DNA from: a virus
Length of the DNA stretch: 64,000 bases
Reading direction: 5' to 3' (one strand)
IMG/VR virus record: IMGVR_UViG_3300037515_000188
Location: 45,849 to 109,848 of that record
The notes beneath the pieces were generated by a model. It saw only the letters and a program-made list of their open reading frames with translations, was not told the origin of the DNA and ran no database searches. Both the position numbers and the translations under genes were made by a program. Shown in pieces: positions 1 to 8,959 of this stretch. How positions within the stretch are numbered: the stretch's first letter is position 1; each line of letters starts with the position of its first letter.

Positions 1-176
1 GCAAAATTATTAATAGTGGTCCCAGTGTTTTGATGAAGAATGCCATTGATAAAGTATTGAATCAGCGTAGCGTAGGGATTCGCAAAATTTCCCTGAAGGA
101 AAATAACTTCGATAGTCTGAATATCAGCAAGAATAGTATAGTACCGGATAATATTTAACAGACTAGGAAAAATATC

Positions 177-371
177 ATGAATGCTAAGACAAATTCTGAA
201 GATATGTTGGATTGTCCATTTTGTAAATCTAAACCAGTATTGCTAAGACCAAAAGAATTTACTTTTACTGTATCATGTGTGAATTGCAAGTGTAATGGAA
301 ATAATCCATACTCTTATGCAGGAACTAAAAAGGCTGCAATTAATAAGTGGAATACACGATCATCGGAGTAG
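177..371 (+). CDS. Lar-family restriction alleviation-like zinc-ribbon protein
   Basis: CPFC...CVNC...AAINKWNTR pattern typical of the Lar family; SD (taggaa) upstream. Confidence 0.65.
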   Translation: MNAKTNSEDMLDCPFCKSKPVLLRPKEFTFTVSCVNCKCNGNNPYSYAGTKKAAINKWNTRSSE

Positions 372-378
372 GAAAAAC

Positions 379-573
379 ATCATGTTTATAATTCATTGCT
401 CAGATAATAAAGGAATAACATTATGCGGTGATGCTGATTCTATCATTCATTTAGCATATTTATTTGAACAAAACAAGATAGAATTTACTGTATCCGATAA
501 ATTTGGAACAATGGATCAAGATCAATTTGGATTCAGTGATTTTAAATTTTGGATGATTAAAAAAAATTATTAA
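379..573 (+). CDS. small hypothetical early protein (MFIIHCSDN...); start approximate, near 382
   Basis: 3' part of ORF 295..573; SD-like taggaa just upstream of the internal ATG. Confidence 0.5.
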   Translation: MMFIIHCSDNKGITLCGDADSIIHLAYLFEQNKIEFTVSDKFGTMDQDQFGFSDFKFWMIKKNY

Positions 574-576
574 TAC

Positions 577-605
577 TTGACAAAATAATTGAATTATAGT
601 ATTAT
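577..605 (+). promoter_or_regulatory. sigma70-type early promoter
   Basis: TTGACA-N17-TATTAT. Confidence 0.65.
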
Positions 606-612
606 TATAAAT

Positions 613-720
613 GAAAGTGAAAGAGTAAGATAAATAGGAAAGTGGAAAAGTAAGATAAATTGGAGAAGTAAGATAAATAGGAAAGTGGAAAAGTAAGATA
701 AATTGGAAAGAAAGTGTAAG
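613..720 (+). repeat. purine-rich imperfect tandem repeats (core AGTAAGATAAAT x4)
   Basis: direct inspection; non-coding, just downstream of a promoter. Confidence 0.75.
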
Positions 721-749
721 AGAATTGCTGATGTGATTTTGCATTAGGA

Positions 750-802
750 GCCAGTGGGTACACCAGTGAACAGAAATCGTAGCCGCGACTGGCATTTTTT
801 TT
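750..802 (+). terminator. intrinsic terminator-like hairpin
   Basis: GCCAGT...ACTGGC stem followed by a T-run; loop is unusually long. Confidence 0.45.
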
Positions 803-803
803 A

Positions 804-925
804 AAATGAAATAGTGGTTTAGAGAGGATTGACAAAAATCTATTGATGCCACTTAATGGATTACAAATCAATCGACCGTGGCAAGGTAAATCGGAACCGA
901 TAGGAACCGGGCCACTTTTTCATTT
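804..925 (+). ncRNA. candidate structured ncRNA
   Basis: about 16-bp closing stem (AAATGAAATAGTGGTT / GGCCACTTTTTCATTT, with G-U pairs); GC-richer interior; no ORF. Confidence 0.35.
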
Positions 926-948
926 ATAATCAAACAAAGGATTTATTC

Positions 949-1176
949 ATGATTAAAATAATTATAATTTGTATGATATTTGGCTTACTTGCGGGATGTA
1001 ATGAATATTATTCAGAATGGCAAAATGCTCCAACATGTTATACTTGTACTGAAGCAGAAATGAATAGAGTACAAAATGAAGCAAAATGGTGTAAGGAAAA
1101 TACTACTTATAAAGATACTTATTGCTTCGGTTCAGCCATTATGAGAATATGTCAAAAAAGGAATGTGAACCGATAA
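949..1176 (+). CDS. putative lipoprotein
   Basis: hydrophobic N-terminus with lipobox LLAGC; Cys-rich. Confidence 0.65.
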   Translation: MIKIIIICMIFGLLAGCNEYYSEWQNAPTCYTCTEAEMNRVQNEAKWCKENTTYKDTYCFGSAIMRICQKRNVNR

Positions 1177-1198
1177 TAGATATAATCAGAGATTAAAA

Positions 1199-1399
1199 AT
1201 GTCTAAATATACATTTATTAAAGAATTTTCTTTCGATCATCCAGATGTAAAAAGAACTATTCGCATCGAGATATGGCAGGATAACGAGCAAGATTATACA
1301 TTCGCCGTTGATTCCATATTCTTAGATAAAAGTAAAACATTTTTTAACCCATTCAACGGAGAGTGTGAAGTTATAGACGTTAGCCTTCCGGCACAATAA
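1199..1399 (+). CDS. hypothetical protein
   Basis: ORF in co-oriented early cluster. Confidence 0.6.
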   Translation: MSKYTFIKEFSFDHPDVKRTIRIEIWQDNEQDYTFAVDSIFLDKSKTFFNPFNGECEVIDVSLPAQ

Positions 1400-1416
1400 T
1401 TTTATAACATAATATC

Positions 1417-1623
1417 ATGCTATCAGAAGGAAAGACAAGGGAAAAGGCTCGTAAACTTTCGATAGAAGGTAATTGTATAGTATACGTTACTGAAAAACAA
1501 TATACTGGTGGAAGAATAGATTATAATTATTGCGGAGCCGATGCGTTTCATTCTTTAAATACATGGTTTGAAGATGAAACCATAATTGCAACATACAAAA
1601 ACGGTATAGAACAAAGAGATTAA
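1417..1623 (+). CDS. hypothetical protein
   Basis: ORF in early cluster. Confidence 0.55.
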   Translation: MLSEGKTREKARKLSIEGNCIVYVTEKQYTGGRIDYNYCGADAFHSLNTWFEDETIIATYKNGIEQRD

Positions 1624-1628
1624 AATTC

Positions 1629-1658
1629 TTGACAATCTACCATGATCCGTGCTATAAT
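1629..1658 (+). promoter_or_regulatory. sigma70 promoter with extended -10
   Basis: TTGACA-N18-TATAAT preceded by TG. Confidence 0.75.
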
Positions 1659-1664
1659 ATTCCA

Positions 1665-1789
1665 TATTCAATAGATTTAGTGTAACGGTAGCACGACCTG
1701 CAATGGCAGGTAGCAGGCAGTTCGATTCTGCAATAGGGATTGGTTCCGGCTGACAACTAAGAATGGTTCGACTCCATAGCTATTGAATA
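1665..1789 (+). ncRNA. tRNA-like structured RNA with a D-arm and two T-arms
   Basis: 10-bp perfect closing stem; TAGTGTAACGGTAGCAC D-arm; two GTTCGA T-loop hairpins; begins at the predicted TSS. Confidence 0.6.
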
Positions 1790-1816
1790 CAAATTTCTGT
1801 TAATACGGAACAGATA

Positions 1817-2278
1817 ATGAATAAAATTAATGTAAATGATAAATTCAAGATAATGGAATTAGCATCTAAGTATCTGTTAGATGAATTAAAAACAAATACA
1901 GATGTTTTATCATCGCCAGAAATAGTAAAAATATTCTTGCACACTCATATGTACGGAAAAAAGAATGAGTGTTTTTGTGTTCTTTTTCTAACCTCGCAAC
2001 ATAATTTAATTGCATTTGAAGAATTGTTTCATGGTTCAATAAATAGTTCAGCAGTTTATCCTCGGGTAGTAGCTATGCGAGCATTAGAATTAAATGCAAG
2101 TGCCGTTATTTTTGCGCATAATCATCCGGGGGGAATAGCTAATCCAAGCCTTGAAGATAAAAATATTACAAAGGTATTAACCAAAGCCCTAGAACTATTT
2201 GAGATTAAAGTATTGGATCATCTAATTATAGGAAACGGAAATAATACTACAAGTATGAAGGAACAAGGAATGATTTGA
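1817..2278 (+). CDS. radC: RadC-like JAB/MPN domain protein
   Basis: E.F.VLFL...VYPRVVA..AL..NA.AVIFAHNHPGG...S.ED...VLDHLII motifs. Confidence 0.9.
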   Translation: MNKINVNDKFKIMELASKYLLDELKTNTDVLSSPEIVKIFLHTHMYGKKNECFCVLFLTSQHNLIAFEELFHGSINSSAVYPRVVAMRALELNASAVIFAHNHPGGIANPSLEDKNITKVLTKALELFEIKVLDHLIIGNGNNTTSMKEQGMI

Positions 2279-2303
2279 AACAATGATCTAAATGTGCTAT
2301 ACT
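2275..2303 (+). promoter_or_regulatory. sigma70 promoter
   Basis: TTGAAA-N17-TATACT with TG extension. Confidence 0.65.
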
Positions 2304-2349
2304 ATGTTCCATAGTTGATATAAATTTTAAGAAAAATAGAGAAATAATC

Positions 2350-2703
2350 ATGAGTACAAAAACAATTAGTAATTGTGATGATATTATCGATTCGAGAGAT
2401 ATTATAGAACGTATAAGTGATCTTGAAGATTTGCGTGATAATAATATCATTAATGATGAAGAAAGTAATGAACTTGCCAGTCTAAAAACATTACAAGAAG
2501 AAGTTAAAAGCTTTTCATCGGAATGGGAATATGGAGTTACGCTAATCCACAATAACTATTTCACAGAATATGCCATAGATGAACTTGGGAATTTACCGAA
2601 AGACCATATCGTCATAGATAAAGAAGCCATCGCGTATAATATTCAAGAGGATTATACATCGGTGGAGTTTAATGGTTCTACATATTGGATACTTTCATCC
2701 TGA
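2350..2703 (+). CDS. acidic protein, ArdA-like antirestriction/DNA-mimic candidate
   Basis: very D/E-rich; IDKEAIAYNI resembles the ArdA C-terminal IDYEAIARDL. Confidence 0.5.
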   Translation: MSTKTISNCDDIIDSRDIIERISDLEDLRDNNIINDEESNELASLKTLQEEVKSFSSEWEYGVTLIHNNYFTEYAIDELGNLPKDHIVIDKEAIAYNIQEDYTSVEFNGSTYWILSS

Positions 2704-2825
2704 TAGGAGTAATTAATATGCCTATTATCTTAATGATTATGGCTACTATCATTGTATTAATAGCTACTCATCTTATAGGACATGATCGACAAATTTTGTA
2801 ATACATCATTATCGGAGTAAATGCT

Positions 2826-3044
2826 ATGAAGCGTTTATTTGTTGGTATCACACCATCTGCATCGCGTGAAGTATTTCAATCGTTTATAACACCTACAGCA
2901 GATACGCATGGTGAAAAATATCTAGCATGCATTGGTCCCTTTCGTACTCGTAAAGCTGCTAATTTTATGTCTACTCATGGTAGAAATAATCCACATCTGC
3001 AAACGGTTGCGGATGCTGAACGCATAGTAAAACTTTTAAATTAA
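2826..3044 (+). CDS. hypothetical protein
   Basis: ORF with SD (ggag). Confidence 0.6.
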   Translation: MKRLFVGITPSASREVFQSFITPTADTHGEKYLACIGPFRTRKAANFMSTHGRNNPHLQTVADAERIVKLLN

Positions 3045-3045
3045 C

Positions 3046-3074
3046 TTGATATAATCCTAACATTATAATATAAT
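3046..3074 (+). promoter_or_regulatory. sigma70 promoter (TTGATATAATCCT family)
   Basis: TTGATA-N17-TATAAT. Confidence 0.7.
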
Positions 3075-3111
3075 ATTCCATATTGAATAAGTAATTTAAA
3101 GGAAGAATATC

Positions 3112-3294
3112 ATGAACTATACCTATGTAATCGACTATTCGGACTACGGATGGTATGTTGAATGGTATACGGATTCTGATAATGGATCAGGATTAGGGGA
3201 CAATCCTAAAGTTCAATACTGGTATGGAACACGGGATGAATGCTATGACCGGGTTATGGAAGCGCCATGCGAAGATGCATGGTTTGATATGTAA
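3112..3294 (+). CDS. small acidic/aromatic hypothetical protein
   Basis: ORF with SD (aagga). Confidence 0.6.
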   Translation: MNYTYVIDYSDYGWYVEWYTDSDNGSGLGDNPKVQYWYGTRDECYDRVMEAPCEDAWFDM

Positions 3295-3315
3295 AATAAT
3301 CAAAAGGTATAAACT

Positions 3316-3630
3316 ATGAAGGATTTATTTAATGTATTTTTTGATAAACCAGATGCATTGGATCGTTTAATAGAATGGATCAATCAGGAACCTGAAGATA
3401 AGCTTTTTCAGTTTAATCGTGAAGTATTATCCATTATACGTGACTGGACCAAGGATCGTCAACGTATCGCAGACTTGGAAGATGCATTAAGACCATTCGC
3501 ACATCCTGATTTGTGCAAGATGTTAAGCGGTAATGTTAAAGGTGATGCAAGTATTGTTTTTCAAAGAGATAATGCTTTCTTGAGGATCGGAGATTTTGCA
3601 CGAGCACAAAAGCTTTTAGCTAACGATTAA
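3316..3630 (+). CDS. hypothetical protein
   Basis: ORF with SD (aaggt). Confidence 0.6.
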   Translation: MKDLFNVFFDKPDALDRLIEWINQEPEDKLFQFNREVLSIIRDWTKDRQRIADLEDALRPFAHPDLCKMLSGNVKGDASIVFQRDNAFLRIGDFARAQKLLAND

Positions 3631-3641
3631 TAAATATCTTT

Positions 3642-3839
3642 ATGATTAATTCTCATTGTCTCATATCATTTGATCCTAATCGTCATGAAATGGATCGTGT
3701 ATATTTTAATCCAAATTTTGATGCGGTGGACTGGGTAGAAGAATCTTTTAAAATCGCCCCATCTGGTGGATACTTGTGCGGAGTGTTTAAAATAGTATTT
3801 CCTTCTACACTGTTATTGATTGATGTGAGATATGCTTAA
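3642..3839 (+). CDS. hypothetical protein
   Basis: ORF in cluster. Confidence 0.45.
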   Translation: MINSHCLISFDPNRHEMDRVYFNPNFDAVDWVEESFKIAPSGGYLCGVFKIVFPSTLLLIDVRYA

Positions 3840-3863
3840 ATACATCTAAAGAGGAATAACATC

Positions 3864-4052
3864 ATGACTACTATTAATGATCTTGAAACATATGTTACAA
3901 AATTAGAGGAACTTGTTTTACAGGGTGAAAGAATAGTAGAAGATTTCTTACCTAATATTGGAAAATGTGCATTACAAAATTACGCACAGCTTAATGAATT
4001 TTTAATTGCTGCCAGTTCATTGCGAAACAGTATTAAGGATCGAGTGAATTAA
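3864..4052 (+). CDS. hypothetical protein
   Basis: strong SD (gagga). Confidence 0.65.
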   Translation: MTTINDLETYVTKLEELVLQGERIVEDFLPNIGKCALQNYAQLNEFLIAASSLRNSIKDRVN

Positions 4053-4075
4053 AAGCGGGTGTTCTTAGATAACGT

Positions 4076-4104
4076 TTGATATAATCCTGTCACTATACTA
4101 TAAT
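4076..4104 (+). promoter_or_regulatory. sigma70 promoter driving a probably leaderless ORF
   Basis: TTGATA-N17-TATAAT; ATG 6 nt downstream. Confidence 0.7.
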
Positions 4105-4110
4105 AGCGGA

Positions 4111-4284
4111 ATGAATGATCGAATAAGTGATGAACGGATTACTGCGATTGAGGACATGCGCTTTAAAAATGTAATGGTTTCACCGCATCCGGCACGTTCA
4201 GATTTGGTAATGGAATTGATGAAGGCCCTTAAAGCCGAGCGCGCCCATGCTGTAGAATTGGAAAAACTCTTAAATAAATCTTGA
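4111..4284 (+). CDS. hypothetical 57-aa protein (not in ORF track)
   Basis: MNDRISDERITAIEDMRFK...LEKLLNKS*, directly after a promoter. Confidence 0.55.
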   Translation: MNDRISDERITAIEDMRFKNVMVSPHPARSDLVMELMKALKAERAHAVELEKLLNKS

Positions 4285-4309
4285 TATAATCCTGCCACTA
4301 TGGTATACT
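4281..4309 (+). promoter_or_regulatory. sigma70 promoter
   Basis: TTGATA-N17-TATACT with TG extension. Confidence 0.7.
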
Positions 4310-4334
4310 AATATTTCAATAGGGAGATAAATTA

Positions 4335-4511
4335 ATGAAGCCTACCTCTATCAGTTTTGAAAAAGAAAGTGTTGTTGACAATGAGAAGATACTCGCTATC
4401 CGATTGAAAGACAACATTGTTGAACTTGAATGCGGTAATAGCGTTTATCTTCATGTTAATGACATTGATTGGATAGTTGATGTATTATCGCAACTAAATG
4501 ATCCAATCTGA
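4335..4511 (+). CDS. hypothetical 58-aa protein (not in ORF track)
   Basis: SD gggag; MKPTSISFEKESVVD... Confidence 0.55.
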   Translation: MKPTSISFEKESVVDNEKILAIRLKDNIVELECGNSVYLHVNDIDWIVDVLSQLNDPI

Positions 4512-4589
4512 ATAAGAATTGGTATAACAATCTAGGAACCAATTGTACACTCTGAAAGGAAACAACATAAAGCGCAGGAGTCTGATACC

Positions 4590-4919
4590 ATGACTAGAGA
4601 AAAACTGCAAGATTACCAGAGAACAAAAACCGTGTATGAATGGGACTTTGAGGTAACTGACAAGTATGGTGACGTGATCGACCATAATCATATGGATCAT
4701 CTACCAGTCAAGACTAATCTAACTGGTGAAAAAAACAACAAAGGTGATTTGGTCCTTATTCGTGATAGTGGCACGGATGCAGATGGTTTGCAGGATCGTC
4801 AGTGGGCTTACACCGAGCATGACGATGCTGGCTACCTGCAACTGCCATCGCACTTTGATGGTGGATACAAAGTTCCGTCCAGATATCATACCGAACTGAA
4901 GAGATGGCAAGGAGATTAA
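4590..4919 (+). CDS. hypothetical protein
   Basis: SD aggag. Confidence 0.65.
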   Translation: MTREKLQDYQRTKTVYEWDFEVTDKYGDVIDHNHMDHLPVKTNLTGEKNNKGDLVLIRDSGTDADGLQDRQWAYTEHDDAGYLQLPSHFDGGYKVPSRYHTELKRWQGD

Positions 4920-4923
4920 CACC

Positions 4924-5139
4924 ATGACGAAAATCAAACGCACTGCAAAATGGATGAAGTATTTAACCATAGCAGAATTACGTCATATGAAAGATTGGCA
5001 GAAATCTTTAACGCTGAAAAGTTTTGTAGTTAACCGTGAGTATCAAACAAAATCAAACGGGATAATTTGTTGGGAATGTAAAACGATTGAGAAAAAGTTA
5101 TTGAAGGCTGGAGTACGATTGCCATTCAGCTTGACATAA
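4924..5139 (+). CDS. hypothetical basic protein (CxxC)
   Basis: SD aaggag. Confidence 0.6.
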   Translation: MTKIKRTAKWMKYLTIAELRHMKDWQKSLTLKSFVVNREYQTKSNGIICWECKTIEKKLLKAGVRLPFSLT

Positions 5140-5159
5140 TCATCTTAATATGGTATAGT
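5131..5159 (+). promoter_or_regulatory. sigma70 promoter, probably leaderless transcript
   Basis: TTGACA-N17-TATAGT with TG; ATG at 5166. Confidence 0.7.
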
Positions 5160-5165
5160 ATTATT

Positions 5166-5348
5166 ATGTCCTATATACTTAAACGAACGGATCAAAGTAG
5201 TGGCTATGTAGCCAAGTCTGGTTGCTCTCATAGTTATACAAACAAGATAGCAGAAGTTCTAAGGTTTGCTACCTATGAAGAGGCTAAGACAAATGCCTGC
5301 GGAAATGAAATTGTAGTTAATCTTGACCAAGCTGATCTAGTAATCTGA
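5166..5348 (+). CDS. hypothetical protein
   Basis: ORF after a promoter; last plus-strand early gene. Confidence 0.6.
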   Translation: MSYILKRTDQSSGYVAKSGCSHSYTNKIAEVLRFATYEEAKTNACGNEIVVNLDQADLVI

Positions 5349-5387
5349 GCATATATCATAGACCGTAACATTAAAAAACAAGTTTGG

Positions 5388-5684
5388 AAAAAAATTAACT
5401 TTGTTTTAAAAGTACCCTTATATAATGGTGGGGGTGGAACTCAGTTTTCAGGGTCTGTATATACTTATTTTTATATTTCATGAAAAATTTATATTAACCA
5501 TATTTTTATATCTTTTAATAATAATTATATACTTATCTTTACATAAAATTTTATATTAATATACTTTATACGTATTTTTATACCCTATTATATTATAAAA
5601 AATTAGCTCTGTTTTAAAATTACTCTTATATTATAATAGCGTAAATCTCAGTTTTCAGGGTCTGTATATACTTATCTTTACATT
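5388..5684. repeat. two imperfect direct repeats of about 90 bp at the junction of convergent transcription units
   Basis: identical core CTCAGTTTTCAGGGTCTGTATATACTTAT at 5440-5468 and 5647-5675. Confidence 0.8.
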
Positions 5685-6019
5685 ATATCTAAAATTAAAC
5701 ATTTCTAAAATTTCCATTTAATGTATCATATATAACGCATTAGACCCTTTAATGTATTATATATAATACATTAACCAAAACTATCTTATATTTTTTTTTA
5801 AAAAATTTTGATCCATTTCATCTTGCATTATCATTTTAATATCAGATAAATTACTATCATAAACTAATTTACTGTATATCTTCCTACGGTAAGTAAAATG
5901 ATCATAATATATCATGCGAGGATGTAATATCTTAAAATAACATTTATTAATAATATGCATAATCTTAATTTATAAGTTTATCAATATTCAATAAAAAATT
6001 TTATTATTTTTTTAATTAA

Positions 6020-6211
6020 CTATATATTAAAAATTTTTTTTACCAAAAAATTTCGATTTAATTCATTCTTTATCATCACTCTTATATCATTTAAATGAAA
6101 TAATATATGATATAGATAATATGCTTTAGACTGATTATAATTTAATAGCGTATGCTCAATATAAGCAATTGAATCATTATACCTATAAAAAATATCTTTA
6201 ACAATATTCAT
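6020..6211 (-). CDS. array mini-protein, type B (MNIVKDIFYRYND)
   Basis: paralog of the unit starting at 7068. Confidence 0.65.
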   Translation of the reverse strand: MNIVKDIFYRYNDSIAYIEHTLLNYNQSKAYYLYHILFHLNDIRVMIKNELNRNFLVKKIFNI

Positions 6212-6359
6212 CTTCTAATTCTTCCACTATTCGATCTATTAACTCCCCCAAAATATCAGTAAAATATACAACATCATATAACAGAGAATCATCATAATTC
6301 AATGGTAAACGTATTTTATAATAAAAATCTACATCAAGTTGTTTATATATTGGTTTCAT
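6198..6359 (-). CDS. array mini-protein (MKPIYKQL...IVEELEDEYC)
   Basis: manual translation; conserved termini. Confidence 0.6.
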   Translation of the reverse strand: MKPIYKQLDVDFYYKIRLPLNYDDSLLYDVVYFTDILGELIDRIVEELEDEYC

Positions 6360-6897
6360 ACTAAATTTATCCTCTAATAATTAATTACAAATTTGTCAAT
6401 TTTACTAGAAAATTCAATAAATCTTATATATAATTTTTATTCTTATTTCATGATTTATTATATTCTTTATTATATTTAAATCATTATCATACATTATTTT
6501 ACTATACATTTTTCTCATACTAAGACTCCGAGGGGATAAGATATTAAAAATTAAAGTATCTTTAATGATTTTCATTTTTTCATTCTAATAATAATATCTT
6601 GCAAAAAATAATCAATAACATTTATCATCATCCATAATTTTATATCATTTTCAGATGGATATATCTCTTTAAAATCGTGCATCATTAATGCCAATTCAAT
6701 ATTAATTTTTAATGTGTTATAAATTAATTTCATCAAATTTCAGACTAATATTAATTTACTTGTAATTATATTCATATACTTCTATTTCTTTTAATATTAT
6801 ATCCCTAATATTCTGATTAAATAATACTTTATCATACAATAAAACCCAATAGTCCGGATATAAGTTATATAACCTTAATGGTAGTTCAATTACTTGT

Positions 6898-7068
6898 TTA
6901 TAAATTATTTTCATCCATCGCATTCTTTATTATCATATTCTTTATTATATTCAAATCATTATCATATAAGAATCTATGATATAAATAATTTCCTTTAAAA
7001 TTGAAATCATTATCAATATAAACAAATAAATCGTTATATCTATAAAAAATATCTTCAATAATTTTCAT
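6898..7068 (-). CDS. array mini-protein, type B (MKIIEDIFYRYND)
   Basis: internal start within ORF 6898..7146. Confidence 0.65.
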   Translation of the reverse strand: MKIIEDIFYRYNDLFVYIDNDFNFKGNYLYHRFLYDNDLNIIKNMIIKNAMDENNL

Positions 7069-7268
7069 CTTTTCCATTTTCCAATTATATAATCTATTAC
7101 ATAATCTTCTATTAATTCTTCTAATACTATATTTACTGGTTCCCATATAATATTATTAAAATATATACCATCATATAAAAATAATGTTGTATTATAATTA
7201 TTATCAATTAACATTAAACGTATTCTATTAAATACATCCATAGAAATTTTTTTATAAATCAGATTCAT
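7065..7268 (-). CDS. array mini-protein (MNLIYKKI)
   Basis: conserved termini. Confidence 0.65.
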   Translation of the reverse strand: MNLIYKKISMDVFNRIRLMLIDNNYNTTLFLYDGIYFNNIIWEPVNIVLEELIEDYVIDYIIGKWKR

Positions 7269-7396
7269 AAAATATATAATCCAATTCTTCCAATACTACA
7301 TCCAACAAAAATTCTTGATCCCCCAAATCATACATCTGTAATAGTTCTGAAGAATAATAACCTCCATCATATAATGCCTGACTAATAATATCAATA

Positions 7397-7606
7397 TTAA
7401 ACTGTTGATAAATCAGGTTCATAAAACATATAATCCAATTCTTCTAATATAATATCAATTAATGAGTCTTCTTGAATCCTCCACTCAATTAATGAGTCTT
7501 TAATCCTCCACAATAAATCATACATCTGTATTTTTTGATAATAATCATTATCAAATATAGATTGTTCAATAACATTAATATTAAATTTTTTATAAATCAA
7601 TTTCAT
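7397..7606 (-). CDS. array mini-protein (MKLIYKKF)
   Basis: conserved termini, IDIILEEL. Confidence 0.65.
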   Translation of the reverse strand: MKLIYKKFNINVIEQSIFDNDYYQKIQMYDLLWRIKDSLIEWRIQEDSLIDIILEELDYMFYEPDLSTV

Positions 7607-7778
7607 ATATTTTTTTTCTTAGTTCATGATTTATCATATGCTTTATTATATTCAACTCGTTATTATATATTAATGTATGATATTTGGTATAAATAATTTC
7701 ATCCAGATCAAACATATAATGTTCAAATGCATTAAATGATTTACCCTTTAAGAATATTATTTTTCCAATAGTTTTCAT
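7590..7778 (-). CDS. array mini-protein, type B (MKTIGKII)
   Basis: YNNELNIIKHMINHEL motif shared with other type B units. Confidence 0.65.
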   Translation of the reverse strand: MKTIGKIIFLKGKSFNAFEHYMFDLDEIIYTKYHTLIYNNELNIIKHMINHELRKKIYEIDL

Positions 7779-7919
7779 AAATTTTTTAATGATTCCAATA
7801 TAGCACTCTTTAAACGTATTATATTCATCATAATAGTAAAATATATTACCTCTTCTATTTTTGCATACTTTTTTTCATGCGTCAGTATATACCTGCCATC
7901 ACCATCCCATTGTATTTGT

Positions 7920-8138
7920 TTATATATTAGTTTCATATATTTTCAATTCATCCAATATGATATCGATCATTGATTCTGAGTCATGCCATATAATATTCTG
8001 TTGTACATAATTCCATGTAATATTTTGTTTCCTATTCATAAAATCATGTATCTGAAATATTTCTGAATGATACTCGGTAACGAATAACATGTATACCTTA
8101 TCTACGATACTAGCAAATTGGACATGAATTTGTTTCAT
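7920..8138 (-). CDS. array mini-protein (MKQIHVQF)
   Basis: C-terminus identical to the unit starting at 8474. Confidence 0.65.
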   Translation of the reverse strand: MKQIHVQFASIVDKVYMLFVTEYHSEIFQIHDFMNRKQNITWNYVQQNIIWHDSESMIDIILDELKIYETNI

Positions 8139-8267
8139 AATTGCAATTCATCCAATAATACTGTTCTTATACCCGTAAGTCCGGGAATATAGATTATACG
8201 ATTTATTTTTATGCTTTTAGCATATAATAATGTATAGAATAAATTTCCATCAAATTTATTTAATTGT

Positions 8268-8474
8268 TTATATATTAGTTTCATATATTTTCAATTCATC
8301 CAATATGATATCGATCATTGATTCTGAATTATACCATATAATATAATCCCATGTAATACTTTGTTGCTTGTTTATGAAATCATGTATCTGTAATACTTCC
8401 GGATGATACTCGTGACATAATAATATATAAATAGTTGGTCTTATTTTAACTAATTGTTTATTAATTATTTTCAT
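8268..8474 (-). CDS. array mini-protein (MKIINKQL)
   Basis: conserved termini. Confidence 0.65.
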   Translation of the reverse strand: MKIINKQLVKIRPTIYILLCHEYHPEVLQIHDFINKQQSITWDYIIWYNSESMIDIILDELKIYETNI

Positions 8475-8649
8475 ATAATTCATCCAACATATCATCCACT
8501 ACTTCTAATGTAATTCTAAATCGAGTAATATTATATACACTATCCATATAGTGAGATAAATACATCATTGCATCATAATGATTTTCACTTAATGATGAAT
8601 ATATTTTATCAAATACATTTTCTTCAAATTGTTTATAAATTAATTTCAT
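8461..8649 (-). CDS. array mini-protein (MKLIYKQF)
   Basis: conserved termini. Confidence 0.65.
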   Translation of the reverse strand: MKLIYKQFEENVFDKIYSSLSENHYDAMMYLSHYMDSVYNITRFRITLEVVDDMLDELYENN

Positions 8650-8959
8650 TTTTTATTTGTTCTTTGATAACACTTAATATAGTTACAATATCAACCGAAT
8701 ATAATGGTAGAGTATAATAAAAATGAGTTTTTATTAACATCCAATGTATAGAACCGAATACATTTTCTTCAAATTTGTTATAAATTAATTTCATATATTA
8801 TACGCACCATATCATTAAAAAATAATTCATCTAATAATAAATTCTGAACCAACACCAAATGCATGATTCTATAATGTTTTAACGGCTGCTTTATAACGTA
8901 AATTATTATCTATATTAAATTTAAACCCATTTAATTCATTATATACAATATTCATTATT

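Noticed and set aside
460-871. Minus-strand ORFs 460..852 and 605..871
   Set aside because: Low-complexity products of the purine repeat, opposite to local transcription
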